A DNA stretch of 64,000 nt from Vicugna vicugna (lineage: Eukaryota): the NCBI GenBank assembly GCA_013265495.1, contig MU058451.1:1836167-1900166 (forward strand), in the 5' to 3' direction. The position numbers were made by a program, and so were the translations under genes. Positions 49,556-63,170 of the stretch are shown in pieces (position 1 is the stretch's first letter; every line of letters starts with the position of its first letter). The notes beneath the pieces are model-generated. The model had not been told where the DNA came from, did not search any database, and saw nothing but the letters and a program-made list of their open reading frames with translations.

Positions 49556-49733
49556 CTGGAGTTTTCAAAGTATGATTTAGGCACCGGCAGCAGCAGCATC
49601 ACCTGGCAGCTGTTAAAGATGCAGGTGCTCAGGCCCGGACCCAACCTGCTGTATCTGAAACTCTGAAGTTGGAGCTGAGCAATCCGTGTTTCAACCAGGG
49701 ATTCTGATGCATGTTCAGGTCTGAGAACCACCT
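49556..49733. mobile_element. MER5A hAT-Charlie MITE
   Basis: ttttcaaagt...gcagcagcagcatcacctgg...tctgaaactctg...gattctgatgca...tgagaaccac. Confidence 0.85.
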
Positions 49734-52289
49734 CTCTGACACATCTCAAATTAAAACTAAACTTCATTGTGGAATAGGCACTGTTGGTTGCACATTAAAA
49801 ATGTTATTACCATTTTCCTTACATTCATTATTTAAAAGATTAATCAGTTGTGTAAAAGCACACACATCTCATAGCAATGGATGTCATTTAGCGACCAAGT
49901 TATCTGTTAGTAACATCAGCCTCCAACATCCTCCCTGCCCTGCATCCATGTTGATACCGTGTAGGTGTAATGTGAGCTGTGGTGCTTTACATTACAACTG
50001 TCCTGTCACGTAGGTTTTTTGAAACTTCCTGCTGCTTTTCTACAATGATTTTCCTAACTTGGGTGTAGAATTCCCCGCAGAACGCAGAGCACTAGGAGAC
50101 TTCCGTTGTGACCTTTGTTGTCAGTGATGAGGTCAAAAGCCCACCCCAGCGCTGTATCAAAACATGATCTCATCAGTGGGTGCACATAACCAAAACATAA
50201 ATTAACTTCCCTGGATTCAGATTTCGTGAACACGCCTATATAAGGGTGGAAGAACTCATTCAGTACTGCTGTCATTTCCAACTAACTCGATTTCTCCCCC
50301 ACCCTCCAGCTTGTCATCTTCCAGGGAACTCCTCACTGGGACCAAGACAGATAGAAGCTTGTGAACACAGACAAAAATGTGCACCCTCAAATAACACCAA
50401 ACAAAGCGTGCCAGCAGTACAGAGTCTATACTGGTTCCTATTGTTAATGTCCTAAAATTATGAACATGGTTTCTATGTGGCCTGGTTGCCAATTTGGCTC
50501 AGAGAGAAGTCTGGTTTTGTTTTCATTTTGTGTTTTCTCCCCCAGAGCCTGGAAAATAGGGCACACCATCAATTACTTTGCTAGTGGCCCTTCAGAAACT
50601 TCAGGCTCCCAGAACATCAGAAAGGAGAGGAGGGCTGACCTTACCAGGCCCTCACTGTCTCAGGCTGCCACACTTGGAGGGAAAGAAATGATGTGAAGAA
50701 ATTGAACCATGATGTGTCGTTCATTTAATTTGAAAAGCCAGCTTCTGCCACGAATCTGCTAGAAAAATAGTGAGCTGAACTGTTAAATGTTGTGTTCTGT
50801 CATAGGAGGCCTTCAACCTGGCAGACACGGCCCTGGATGCGGGTGGTGAGGCAGAGCGCTTGTTGTACCTTAGAAGAGGTTTGGGAAGTGAGAGGCACTT
50901 GGGTCACCAGATTTAGGGGGTAACATTAGGGGTCCTGGAGGTCTGTAGGTTTCCAGTGATCCCTTCCTCAGAGCCATGCTGCCCTGTATTTGGGCTGTCC
51001 TTCTTCCCGGTGACCTGGCTTCATCTCTGGGCCAGTGGGGAGCATTAAGGAACCACTTCCCTGGCCCGGTTCTACCAAGGAAGCTTTTAGGCTTGCTTCT
51101 CATCTTGTTAGGGCAGCAATTAAGAGCTCTTATGTAAATATCAATAAATGCTTCATCAAAAGGCCAGGGAGAGAAAAGTATGGATATTAAAGGCCTTTTC
51201 TTTTCCTGGCTGCATCGTTTTATGCACAGTTCTAAGTGCAATTGTGGTGCTGTTGGAAGGAGAGAGCTTGGCCATCGTCTTATGCTGGAACGCTCCTCCT
51301 GCAAGGAGATGAGGGCGTCAGGCTCCAGCTCCTGGGAAGCGTCTCTGAGACGGAAATCTGCAAGCCCTAACTTATCAGGAAGTGACCTGTCTGGGACTGT
51401 GGACAGCAGAGGAAGAAGTAGACCTGTGATGTCACCACCACAGCCTCAGCTGATCCCACAGGTTGTCAGCAGTTGGGATGAGAAGACTGGGCCTTTATAC
51501 CTCTCCTGTGACCACTCATTGGGTGTAGGCTGTCCTGAGGAAAGGGACATGATCTTGGGGAAAATGATGCTCTTCAGCCTTGACAATACCTAGAAAGGGT
51601 CTCAGCCGAGAGCGCTTCTGGCTGCCAATATTTCCAGCATCTGAGAGGATGAGGACTTCAGTCCTGGGGTCAGGGTAGGGGAAAAGCTGGGGTTCTATTC
51701 TTTGCAGTGAATCCTGGAGGGGAATGCACTGCAAGGAATAGAACCCCACCCCCACCCCCATCCCCGCCAAAAGAAAAAGAAATCTGACTGTAGTAGGTGG
51801 TTAAATGGTTTATGTAGGTAGTTCTGGGACAAGAGGTATAATGTCATTGAACTCTCTGAAAACTACCCATGAAATGGTGTGCATTTAGGGAAGAAGCTCT
51901 GGATTGAACAGTGTGTTGTTCATGAAGAATAGATAATGCTTCCAAACATCGTCCTATTAATGTCACTCTGAGAAGTGTACCGCCTTTGATTCTATGCTTA
52001 AACATTTAAATATAGTGGATAAGTTTCCAGAAAGAGGCCAAAGACTATTCTGCATCTAAATTCTCAATGTGCAGCTGCCAGAGGGTAAGTAAGCATCCCA
52101 CGTGTCAACCATCCAGCTTGAAAATCTATTCTTGGATAATGTCAGTGACTGTGAAAAACAGACCTTTGCACTAGAGTTAATTGAGAGAGTTCAAGTCCAA
52201 CTTACTTTATCAGTCATTTAGTCAATGACATTTATTGAGCAAATAACCTTTGATATAAAGGTTGTAAGGCACCATCAAAGAGGAGTGGA

Positions 52290-52470
52290 AACAATGACTA
52301 CTAACATTTGGCTCATTCTTCATTGTATGTGGAATATTTTAGCATTATATTATCTCATTTAATGAGCTATGTTACTGTCTCCATTTTATAGATGAGGAAA
52401 AGGAAGTTCAGAAAAGCAAGTAAATTGCCCAATTTCATGCAGCTGATAATAGGTGGTATTTATTACTCTA
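52290..52470 (-). mobile_element. MIR fragment
   Basis: tatctcatttaat...ccattttatagatgaggaaaaggaagttcagaaaagcaagtaaattgccc. Confidence 0.7.
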
Positions 52471-55400
52471 AACAATTTCTAGGAGTCTGCAGAATGGAAG
52501 GAGCTACTGAAATGACACAGCTATTACAGCTCATTAATAGCTGTAGAGAGAGTCAGAGGTAGCTTGTGTGTGTGTGTATGAAACAGCTAAGCCATCTTGG
52601 ACTCGGGGTATAGATTGGATGAGCACTGCATCCCTAAGAGGACATCAGCCTTCAGAAGAATTCTCTGACCTGACACTCAAGAATATGGAGTAGGCTTCAA
52701 GATAAGTTAAGAGTTACTCTTTTGATGATCTCTCTAAAGATGAGAAATCTAGCAGTAACTCCAGATCTGAAGATGTGAAAGGTAACAAGTCAACAAAGGA
52801 TGATATAAATCTTAGCTCAGGACTCCTTCTTTCTACACTGGTGAATTCCTTTGACATTTTTTTTTAATTCCTTGATCTGTCCTTTACCTAATCATCAGTG
52901 GGACTGAAGCTCAAGCTATTTACCAGCAAAGTGGTCCAGCTAAAGCTTTATTATCCCTGGAATCTGTTTCTTTCGCTGGCCCTTTCTATTGCACACAGCC
53001 TTATAATGCGAAGTCCCACCTGGTTTTCCTCACTAGATTGTAGGTAGGACCCATCCCCCATTGACCAAGTCCAGTAAGGAATTCCCACACAGGAGCCAAT
53101 CCAGTTTTTCTGATAAAATGTAAAGACTATAAAATTCAATGTTGGGAGGAATTTAAACTAGGTCTTAACTAATGGAGAGCAGGGAAGAAAAGATTAAGAA
53201 CCTCTGAGACACTGTATCTGTGAAGAAATAAATCTTACTGGCAAGTCATTGTAGGTTCTGTGAAGATGGACATGTTGGATGGGTTTCTCTTATCTGCTGT
53301 ACCAGTGGGTGTGGTAGTGGTCGGCGGCTCAGTAGACAGTGAGAAACCACGAAAACTGAGTTTGTCTTAGGGTGGAAGAAAGCAATCAAGCCAAGTAGGT
53401 CAGAACACCCTTGGGTGTCGGTAGACAATGTAAGGTCTAGACAGATGTAGGGGAGGGATCTTAAGAGGCATCAGAGTTGTTTGTCTGGTGTATGGAGCAT
53501 GGGAGTGAGGTGTTTGCTACCAGGACTGCTGGCAGCAGATAATGGCACCCAGGCAACCTCGGTGGGAGAAATGGAAGTGCAGAGAGGCTCAGTTTAAATA
53601 CCCGGGGTTGCTGCGGGTTACGTGGGCAGATGCAGACTCAGAGGAACAGGACTGGGACCCAGTTCCTGACTAAGATCTACCTCGGGGAATTGGCTGGGCA
53701 ACTGGGGCAGAAAGTCCACCCCTAAAGCTCCAGTCTTCAGTTGGAAGGAGCCAAAAGCAGGTGTGGCTGGAGAGAGAGGGATGTTAGACAGAGAAGCTCA
53801 GAGGATGACCTTCCCCTGCCAGGGCAAACCTGAAAGACAAGGGCCAGATTCAACTGAAGGAAAGTGAGGGAGAGCTGGGCTAGTCGAGGGGCAGGGGATT
53901 GAGAGCACAGGAGACTGGCCCCTGGATGCTAAGCCTCCTGAAAATGGAAAGAGAAGGGGTCAGTCTGAGAAATTGTGTTCAGAGAAAAGGTCACACAGCA
54001 GTGTCTATGTTTATGGAGTGACTAGAGGAGGACTGGTGAGATCTTTCTTAGGCATTCAGCCTGAGTGATGAGTGTGTGTCTGGTCAGAATGAGCCTAAGC
54101 ACCTTCTGAAGACTCTGATCCTTCTCTCCTCTCACTACCTGAAGTCCTGAGTTTCCACAGTTAGAAATAGTACGTATTTATTATTATGAGCTGATCTAAT
54201 AGCTCAATGTGGACACTTGGTTATGGATCTGTAGATAGAAAGCACCAAGGGTTTTGGCTCAAAGTGTTGGTTTTAAACCACCAACCACAATTTTTTTTAA
54301 TAAAAAATACATAAGTATAGTCCACAAGGTACCCAAGTTGACTATAATGCCTTTCCTTTAAGACGACTGTGAATTCGTCAGGCAGCGGGATTGCTGCTTC
54401 ATGTCCCCAGAGAGGTCAGTTACCAGTTAGTGTCATGGTGCCAGGTTTCTCCTCGTGCAGATAGGCACAGGGATTCATAGTCGTGTTTTGCTTTTGTTTT
54501 GCTTTTGCTTTTTTACTATCCCCAGGATCATTGTTTCCATCTGTACAGAATGCTGCAGTAAACACTCCACGAGTTAGAAAAATAAACATGACCTGTCTTT
54601 CCATTGTCTCATGCAGAATAAAAAATATGCGTACAGTTTTTGTGTTCTATAAAGCCCCCTTTGAAGAATGATGAGCAAAGTTGCCACCAGTTTGTTAAAA
54701 TAACAGTTGGGTCTCATTTGAAGCAATGAGATTATGAAGCAAGTCATATAATTCTTACAAAGTCTTCAAGAAGTGATCCTGCTTTGCCATTGCATTGCCC
54801 ACAGCTTCAGTCTTTATTCACGAATCTGTGTGTTTCGGGTGTGTGTTGCTCATTGTCCATCTGGTTCTCTGCTGAATCCCATTCCCATCAGTGCCGCTGC
54901 TTCCCGTGATCAGCTTTAGGGCTTCTTTGTTTGATACCAGTTTGATACCCCTTTCTGCCATTGCCTTGTAAATAATGGTGCTTACTGATTAGTACTTTAT
55001 GGACTAAGAAGGGACCTTGAGAGATCATTTAATCTCAAACCTTGCCTTCTGAGAGAGTCAGAGAAGAACCATCCCGGAGAGGTGAGAACCTAATTCTCAA
55101 AGACATTCAGAGAAAGTAATTTCACAGCTTTCCTTACTCTCCCACTTCAGTGTTTTAAAAGAGAATAACCTTTACAGACAGGAAGTGGCTCTCTTTTTAA
55201 ATCTCTAACTTAGGTTCCTCATGCTGCAATTTAAATTCTTCTTGCGAGCACAGGAGGGATGAAGAATGGTTGGTGGATGCCCTTTAGATTTTGAAAGAGC
55301 CTCCTAATTGTCCCCTTTTTTGTTCCTATGTTTCTCTTCTCCTTCAGCTACCCGATTTGGTTACTCTGGTTTTATTTTTTTAGCTCCATTTCACAGAATG

Positions 55401-55705
55401 CAAAACAGAACAAGGGGTGACATGGTGAGTCGGTGATGCGAGTTAGGGAATCAAAAAACCTGACCCCACTCCTGCAAGCACAGGCTGCACAAACACAGGA
55501 GTTGCCACACACACAGAAGCCCCACCAACACTCCGTGCCCAAGAAAGAGGTTATCCAGAGCTCGGAACTAAAAGCGGTGCATCTTGTAAAAAAGTTAGGA
55601 CAGGAATAAGGCTTGATGTGTTTCCTGTTCAGGGTTATTTTTCTCCCATTTTCCAGGTCATCAAGACATGGCCTGGGAAATACACTTTTTCACTTTCAAA
55701 TAAGC

Positions 55706-56114
55706 TGTCATTCAGGGTGTCAGCTGGCCAGAAACAGACCACGCAGCACACTCAAACTGGAGGAGAGTGTAACAAAGGGACCCTTAGGTGGAACAGGGTG
55801 AGGGGACCCCAAGGAAGTGGTAATAGTGGGGCTCTGTTCCCACGCCCAGGCCTGAAGAGTTGAGGACACCAGAACCCAGACACAGAGAGAATGTAGAGAG
55901 AGTCCCTGGGTGAGGGGTGTGGCCAGACTCCTGTGATGAAGCCAGTCTCCTACCAGTGTGCCCCATCCCAAAAGGTGACCAGTCCCAAAAGGAAGCTGGA
56001 GGGCACTGCAGGCAGACTTCGCTGTGGTCCATTGCAGTCAGCCTTGCAGGGCCCAGAGGAAAACAGGGAAACGTGGAGAGCAGGCCTGGTGGGCAAATGA
56101 GAGAGTTCCAGTAC
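55706..56114 (-). mobile_element. LTR33-like ERVL solo LTR
   Basis: gaaacagaccacgcagcacactcaaactggaggagagtgtaacaaagggac...cccaggcctgaag...ggaagctggagggca...gggcaaatgagagagttccagtac. Confidence 0.75.
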
Positions 56115-57086
56115 TGATGGTAAGAAGAAATGTGGCTTCTTATGGAAAGTAGAATTTGGATTGTCTATTCTGCTTAGTTCTCTTTTCCTTGGAAAGTACA
56201 TTATTTCAACAGTGTGACCACAGAAGAAACAGCTAAGTGTGAGTAGAGGTGAATGTACAGTTTGTTTTAATGTGCTGAGGTCACCCAAAATGACTTATCC
56301 TGGGACAATAAGGAATCAATAGTTGAGTACTGACTGGAAGTTGCCATTGATTTCAGGGAATGCCATCTTCGGGTGCATTATCTTAGAGTTGATGCTTCTC
56401 TTTTCAAGGGTCGGGAGAAGCCTCAAATCTCCCTGCAGGCTCTCTTCCACTGGTGTTAATTATTCAGGCATTTTACCCTTTTAGAGTGCAAAGAGTGATG
56501 ACTTCTCAGTCTTTGATTTCAGTGTCTTCATGAATGTGCCTGTTTCTCCCTCTGCTCAGCGGGAAGGCACATGCAGACTTGTTTTGTATCAGAAACATGG
56601 GCTCCAGTGGTTTTCCTGGTTCCAACCTCTGGACTTCACAATAATGTCTTTCTACCTCCGTGTTTCATAAAAATGGAAGCAAAGTGTTTCCAAAAGTCTG
56701 ACATAGTTTAAAGAGTGAGAATCTGGCTATGGTTATTCTTACCCCTGTCCTATTTTTATCAGGCTGGCTTGGTGACATAAGAGATTTCAGAAATCAAACT
56801 CTCCCAGGATCGCCTTTCTACCTTGCGGACATCAGTAGCCTGACGTGTGACTTGGATATCTACGCCCTGCCAGGTGGTTAAGGAACAGCTAATAAAAAAT
56901 GGCAGGTGCTGAAAAAAGTGATGTGTCATTTTACCTTGTGATAACATCACTCTCCCAGGCACTGACTTTGTTTATTGCCTCTTTGCATATTTTCATCAAG
57001 CAGCCAGTGGTTTGAGTTTAACCTCTGCGGTTATTAAATATGTCTACAAGAAGAGGCGTAGGAGTACTATTTTTTTCTACTGAAAG

Positions 57087-57115
57087 CAAAATAAATAAAT
57101 AAATAAATAAATAAA
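57087..57115. repeat. (AAAT)n microsatellite
   Basis: aaaataaataaataaataaataaataaa. Confidence 0.9.
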
Positions 57116-57965
57116 AGAGGAAAGTAAAAAGAACACTCTCCCTAGTCTGTCTCTATCACTTACACTGTAAAACAAAAACAAATTTTTTTGAAGTTTCCTT
57201 GGCATGCAGTAAGGTCAAAAGAAGATCCCAAACTAATTTTTTACTCTTTTGGAATGTGGTTAACCTCCTTAAATAAAGAACAAGATTCTTTCTGTCTCTC
57301 AGCTATGCCAAGTATGCCTCTGTTTGATGACAGTGGAACCATTCGGTAAGTTGCTTTTTAACCAGAATGGTCTCAGAGACGCCTCTTATAGTCGAGCGGT
57401 TGCTCAGCCCTGGGAAATAGCTGCACTGACTCTGGATGAAGCCATGAAATGGAGCTTTTGACATTGCAACTTCTTGCCCAGTCAGTAACCCAGCTCGTGG
57501 CCTTCAGTCTGTTCTGACCTGTCCAGAGCATCTATGGAAGCACTTTCATAGCATCAAAACACCTTTATCTGGTGTCCCAGTGTTCCCAGGACCACATTAG
57601 CTGGCAGATGTTTTAGGGCAGTAATTAATTAACTTTAATCTATCCCCAGATAGCTTAGATTTCATGAAGGTCTCTCAGGCACACCAGTGCAAAGGCATGT
57701 TGGCAATTTGGGGACAGTTACGCCTTCTGACTCCCTTCAGAGCACGTGCCACAGGACGTGGCTAATACACTACAGTTCTGCTTTATTTCCCATATTTACC
57801 TCTTTCAGATCTCATAAAAACTCCCAAATAAGAAACCAGTACTTGGAAATGATAAGTGACTTATCTAAGGACACAGATAATTAGAGTCAATAATGAACTG
57901 ACATGAGGAATGTGGCCTTTGTTCTTGTTCAGGCTCTGCATATTTTGAACCATAGGGAAAGAGAA

Positions 57966-57998
57966 TGTGTGTGTGTGTGTCTGTGTGTCTGTGTGTGT
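57966..57998. repeat. Interrupted (TG)n microsatellite
   Basis: tgtgtgtgtgtgtgtctgtgtgtctgtgtgtgt. Confidence 0.9.
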
Positions 57999-58404
57999 TG
58001 AGTAAGAGCAGAAACTAAGGGACGCGTGGATGGGAAGAGCAGGGAGGCCCACCCCCCTCAGCAGTGGTGACAGGTGGCCTCACACTGAGCTGAGTTATCG
58101 CTGGCTTGGCCACAGTGTGCCAGAACCAACAGCATAGTGACATCTCAGAGGACCCTTCCGTATTGCCAGACATACTCCATATGCCACCTCCTTGGTTAGA
58201 TGCAAGGAAGAATTTCCTAACCAAGGCATTAAACATCCAGATGTATTCCTAGTCATCTCTAGAGATTTTAAGAAGAGATTAAATTTAAAGTACGGGCTTC
58301 CTTGAAAGAGAGGCACTGGATTGGAAAGCCCCTCAGGACTATTGAAGCAGATGGGTCAGCGTGCTATTTCTTCTTTATTCGTTCATCAATATTATGGGCC
58401 TCCC

Positions 58405-58807
58405 GTATCAGGATGGGCTAAGTTATACTAATAACAAGCCACGCCAGAATCTCAGTAGTCTACAAGGACAAGAATCTGTTTCTTGCTCTTGCTACATGTC
58501 CATCGAGGTCAGCCAGGGACTCTGCTCAGCACTGTCCTCACTCCAGGATCCAGATGGACAGAGCAGCCACTGTCTGGGATGTTGCTGGCCCCCCTGGCAG
58601 GGAGGAAGAGTGCTATGTCGCATCTTGCACTGGCAGTTGATTGCTCTGTCCCAGAAGTGATACCTTTCATTTCCACTCGTAACTCATTGGCCAGACCACA
58701 TTGCACAGCCCAGCACAACCATAGGTGGGCCAGGTGGTGCAGTCCTACCGTGAGCCGGGGAGGCAGAGAGCCAGGGATACTTGCAAACAGCACTAATGAT
58801 AGCCACA
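58405..58807 (-). mobile_element. MaLR LTR (MLT1K/L-like)
   Basis: caggatgggctaagttat...aatctcagtagtcta...actccaggatccagatggacagagcagccac...aactcattggccagacc...aacagcactaatgatagccaca. Confidence 0.8.
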
Positions 58808-59499
58808 CTGCCTACATGTGCTGTGCTGTCTCGGAGGTCCAGGCTCACAGTCTCCTCTTGCAGTCTGTACGTTCATACTGAAGAGTCAGATACGTAAACT
58901 GTCAACTTCAGTTACTTTTAATAAGGCCTCTGATAAAGAATGCACAGGAGCACATATGAAGGGAAGCCTAAATTATTCATAGAGTCACGAGATGTGCCAG
59001 GCGCCACATCAGCCGTGACGCCTACCTACAGTCTTGCTGGTAGAGTGGGTAGTAGCATTTTGTTCACTGATTCCTGCTGATAGAGTGGCAGGTTTCTTGC
59101 CCTTTTATCCTGCCATATGCATTTTGTTTTGAAAACGGTTGTCCTGGTGGCCTGAATCAGACCATGGCTCTGTCCATGGTCCTGTGACCTGAGCTGACAT
59201 CGAGTTAGATAATGTGGATTTCTTCTGTAACAATAATGTAACATTAGCTATCATTTACTGAATGCTTACTGTATGCCATAGATGGTGGTCAAAGCTTTAC
59301 GTGCATGTGGTTTATGCACTTCAGTATTCTAACGTTTAGTGACCACTCAGGGAATTATCCATTATGGCAACAAATCTGTAAGGTGCATATTATTATCGTG
59401 TTTTTTTCCCCCTTTTTTACAAATAAAAGAAGTTCAGAGATGGGAGTAAATTGGCAAGGTCATAAGTCGAGATAATTTTTTCCTACCTTTCAGTAGATG

Positions 59500-59689
59500 T
59501 GAATACCTCAAATGTTAGGAGAAGGATTACGGCAGTAATAGTAATATGAGACCTGAATTAATATTAGTACGGCAACAATATTAATATGAGACCCCAAATG
59601 TGTGATAGGCATTATTGAATACCTCAAATGTTAGGAGAAGGATTACGGCAACAATATTAATATGAGACCCCAAATGTGTGATAGGCATT
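59500..59689. repeat. Complex local duplication (A-B'-x-B-C-A-B-C)
   Basis: A=tgaatacctcaaatgttaggagaaggat (59500, 59616); B=tacggcaacaatattaatatgagacc (59568, 59644; variant at 59528); C=ccaaatgtgtgataggcatt (59594, 59670). Confidence 0.95.
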
Positions 59690-61035
59690 GGTATCCAGTC
59701 TCTTGGCTGATATACTTGGAATAATGCCTAATATTAAGAAAGGGATGGAACATTCTCTCCAATCACCACGTGGGGCTTCTTTTGATTTTACCGTCAAGTG
59801 CTGCAAACCCAGGTTGTCCGTCATATCCATAAAGGAGTACTCAACCCCCAATAGTTCCTGACACTCTTGTGGAAACAGTGGAAGTGCTAGGAAGGCAAGG
59901 TCCTCGCTCACCTGTTCCCTAGAATGAAACTTTCTTGGCGACACCAGTCATGAAACCATCTAATTTATTAATCTTTTAAAATACAGAGGATAATGACATT
60001 CCTCTCATCTCAGAGCTCTTCTGCTGAAAATATGCAGATGTATTTATTACTAAATACATTCATTTCATAGTTAAACATTTACAAGTTTGGTTTATAGAGT
60101 GGTTGGGGTTTTCCCATCAAAATATATTTTCTTTGATAAAAATCTAAATTACCCCTTAATTTTCTGTCTGCCTAAGTCATTATCAGTGTCCTCCCACAGA
60201 TTTCATTTTAGTTGAAAAGTAGAAAGAAGCTTTGGGGCCTGAGGGTTAAACACTTTCCTCCTTTGCCCCTGCTCAGTCATATTAAACCAGGGAGAAGACA
60301 TGAGTAGGTGGTAGCAGCTGACAATTGTAGTGTTTTAGTGCAGAAGGAAGGAAGGGAGGAAGAAAGGAAGGGCAAAAAAAATCAATTCTAATTGAAAAAC
60401 AAGGAGCCAAAAAGACAAAAGGAAAACCCTAAGAAAATTAAATTTATTCAAATACATAACAGGAAGAAAAAAAAGATTAAGGGAAATAGTGAGGTGAAAA
60501 AAAAAAAAAACAACGATGACCAGTCTTCTATTCTATATTCTGAAGAAAACATTCAGAGGCTCTGAAGCATTTAAGATGAAGAATGGAATTAAAGAAAAAT
60601 GAGGTCCAAACTAATGAGTGACCAAGGCTGGCCTACTCACTCATCCATTCCATCTCCCTGCATGTTTCACACTGTGATCTTAGAAACTATACCTTAAGCC
60701 ACAAATTCTGTTTTTAAGTATATTTTATGCTACCTTTCTCTTCTGTGATGATCTGTAGTACTTGAACCTCCAGACACAAGTAAGTCCTGCTCTCTCAAGG
60801 TACACCAGTATCTTGGTGCTTGGAAGGAGACACATTTGCTGCCAAGTTTGCTGAGACTGAGCTGGGAGGGATCAGAGAACAGGAGAGAGTTGTCATGTAT
60901 GGATGATACTTACCCATCTTTTTTTTTAAAATATTATCTGTTGTGGAGAAAACGTCTCTGGATCTTAACCCTTGCTATTTTGCTCTAATTCTTCACCTAG
61001 CAATTGTTTCTCTCTTTTTTTTCTTGCTTGGCACC

Positions 61036-61084
61036 TTTTTTTGTTGAAGTATAGTTGACTTGCATTGTTGTGTTAGTTTCAGGT
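61036..61084 (-). mobile_element. Extremely 5'-truncated L1 3' tip
   Basis: tttttttgttgaagtatagttgacttgcattgttgtgttagtttcaggt approximates the reverse complement of the end of the L1 at ~34420-34465. Confidence 0.7.
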
Positions 61085-62619
61085 AGTTTACATCAGAACC
61101 ATCCGCACACTCCACAGAAGTCTTTCCCAACATCTTTAAATATGCCTTCAAATCCTCCTTCCAAAAGCATTTCATGGCCAAGCTCATCTCCTTCCAAAAC
61201 TTTTCCTACCCCAACAGAACCTCTCCTGGTCGTATGTCATGGTTTCCTCCACTGTGTTCTTGTCACCCTTTATGCCTGCCTCTCTTGTAGCCCTCATGAT
61301 GCTGGATTGTACTTATTTGTTTGCACTCACTCTCTTCCCTACTTAGTCATGGGACCATTCATCATCACATCCCAGGGTCCAGTACAATGACTGGCACATA
61401 GTAGATGCTTGATAAAAATTAGTAGAATGAGTGCATGAACAGAGATTGAATTCAGACATTTGATAAATGTTTATTGAGCATCTGTTCTGTGCCAAGGCAC
61501 TCAATCTCAATTATATGGTCCACTCTAGACACTCTGCATCATCAACTAATCTAAATGCTTTATGTTATAAATGTCTCATTATTTTCCAAGTATTTATATT
61601 AAAATTTGCTGAAGAATTTTTCTTCTGTTGACTCTTGACATCTTGTTTTATACTATCTAGAGACAGTACAACTGGTTGAGTGGGGCCTTTTGCAGAAAGG
61701 GAAGAGACAGGTGAAGTTCCATTTGACTTTAGTCTCAAATAAACAAAGGACCTCAGATCTGGACTTTGTCATTATCACCAAGTGATGCTATGCAGACATT
61801 AGAGATAAGCTGAAATAACTAAAAGAGGAGGACTTTTATCATCCAACTTTACAATTTTTATCCCATTCCTGGCTCATACTGCCTCTGGTGTGTATACCGC
61901 TATTTCTCTGACCCCCGTTTTAGCATTTCTTCACCAGGTCTCTCTCAAGCCTAGGCTATGCCCCATCATCCAGAGGTTGCTGTCTTTCCTGGTGAACTCT
62001 TCTGATGAGTTATAATGTGGAAATGAGTTTGATATGGTTTTTTCTCCTTGAAAATAGAAGTTTCAGGAAGGTAAGCACCTCGTGTCTTTGTTTTAGCCAT
62101 ATTCCTACTATCTCACATGATGTCTGACAGTTAATAGGCTCTCAATATTGCTATGTCCCTACTACCTAAAAGAAGGTGAGAGTAAGGTAACAGAGAGAGA
62201 AAATATCAGAGGCAGAAAGAGTGGGAGGGCAACACAGGCTCAATGGTCAGCAAGAGCCACGTCGGTACAGGACTCTGCAGTTGACTGTCTTTATGTACAT
62301 GAAATCATTTAATGCAGACTCCACCCTGCATCATCCTTCTTACTGGACAGAGGAAGACATCGAGCCTGCACATGGTAGAGCTGAGGCTGAATTGGTGCTC
62401 TAGCTTGAAGTCTTCTGCTCTGCTGGCTTCTGCCCCATATAGCAAACATGAACCTTGTTCTCTGACACACCTTGGGCAATAGACACTTGAACCAATGGGT
62501 TTTCTGGTCCTTCTCTGAATTCCAAATGCATATATACAACCTCCTGTTGGGTAGATCACTCTGGATTGCCCAAGAGCAGCCTTTCCGAGACCAAACGCAC
62601 CCTCTTCTCCCCATGCTTG

Positions 62620-63170
62620 CTCTGTTTCCGGAGTTTGCTGTCTTAGTGATCAACATCCTGGTCTTCCCAGCTGAGCAAGCAGGAAACCCCAGGACCCTCC
62701 TCGAAGCTCCCTTTACTGAGTCTGTGAAATCTGTCATCAGATCTGTTGATTTACTTCCTCACTGCCCCTCAAGTCTGACCCCACCTTCCCCACCACCATC
62801 ACCTGTCCCAGCTACCCCTGCAGCCTTTCCTCCTTGCGTCCACTGGGGCCTTCTTCCAGCCTGCTCTCCACCTTGCAGGCAGAGTGATCTTCAAAACTGC
62901 CAGTGATCCTGCCAGCTCCCTTCTTGAAACACTCGGATAGCTTCTCATTGCTCATACACTTAAGGTAAATCCCCACAAGACCCGCAGGGCCTGTTGTCTG
63001 CCTCCCTTCCCTGCTGTCCTCGCTGCATCAGCACAGGACCTCCATTCCCTCCCTAAAATGTGCAGTGCTCTCCTAACGCAGGCCTTTTGCCTGTGCTGTG
63101 ACTTCTGCTCAGAATTCTCTTTTTGCCCTTTTTGCCTGGCCAACACCTACTCGTTTTTCAGCAAGCCCCT
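62620..63170 (+). mobile_element. Degraded L2 fragment
   Basis: cagagtgatcttcaaaactgccagtgatcctgcc, gcttctcattgctcatacacttaaggtaaatcc, ctggccaacacctactcgtttttcag. Confidence 0.7.

Noticed and set aside
50235..50245. CArG box (cctatataagg)
   Set aside because: Seven A/T bases between CC and GG rather than the canonical six.
50870..51770. Cluster of 84-144 aa overlapping ORFs
   Set aside because: No recognisable domain or exon structure; consistent with chance ORFs in moderately GC-rich DNA.
53250..53900. Possible ancient LTR (purine-rich, tttaaatacc motif)
   Set aside because: Could not define termini, TSD or family from the sequence alone.
59500..59689. CRISPR-like repeat/spacer appearance
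   Set aside because: Mammalian context, no unique spacers of regular length and no cas genes; it is a local duplication.
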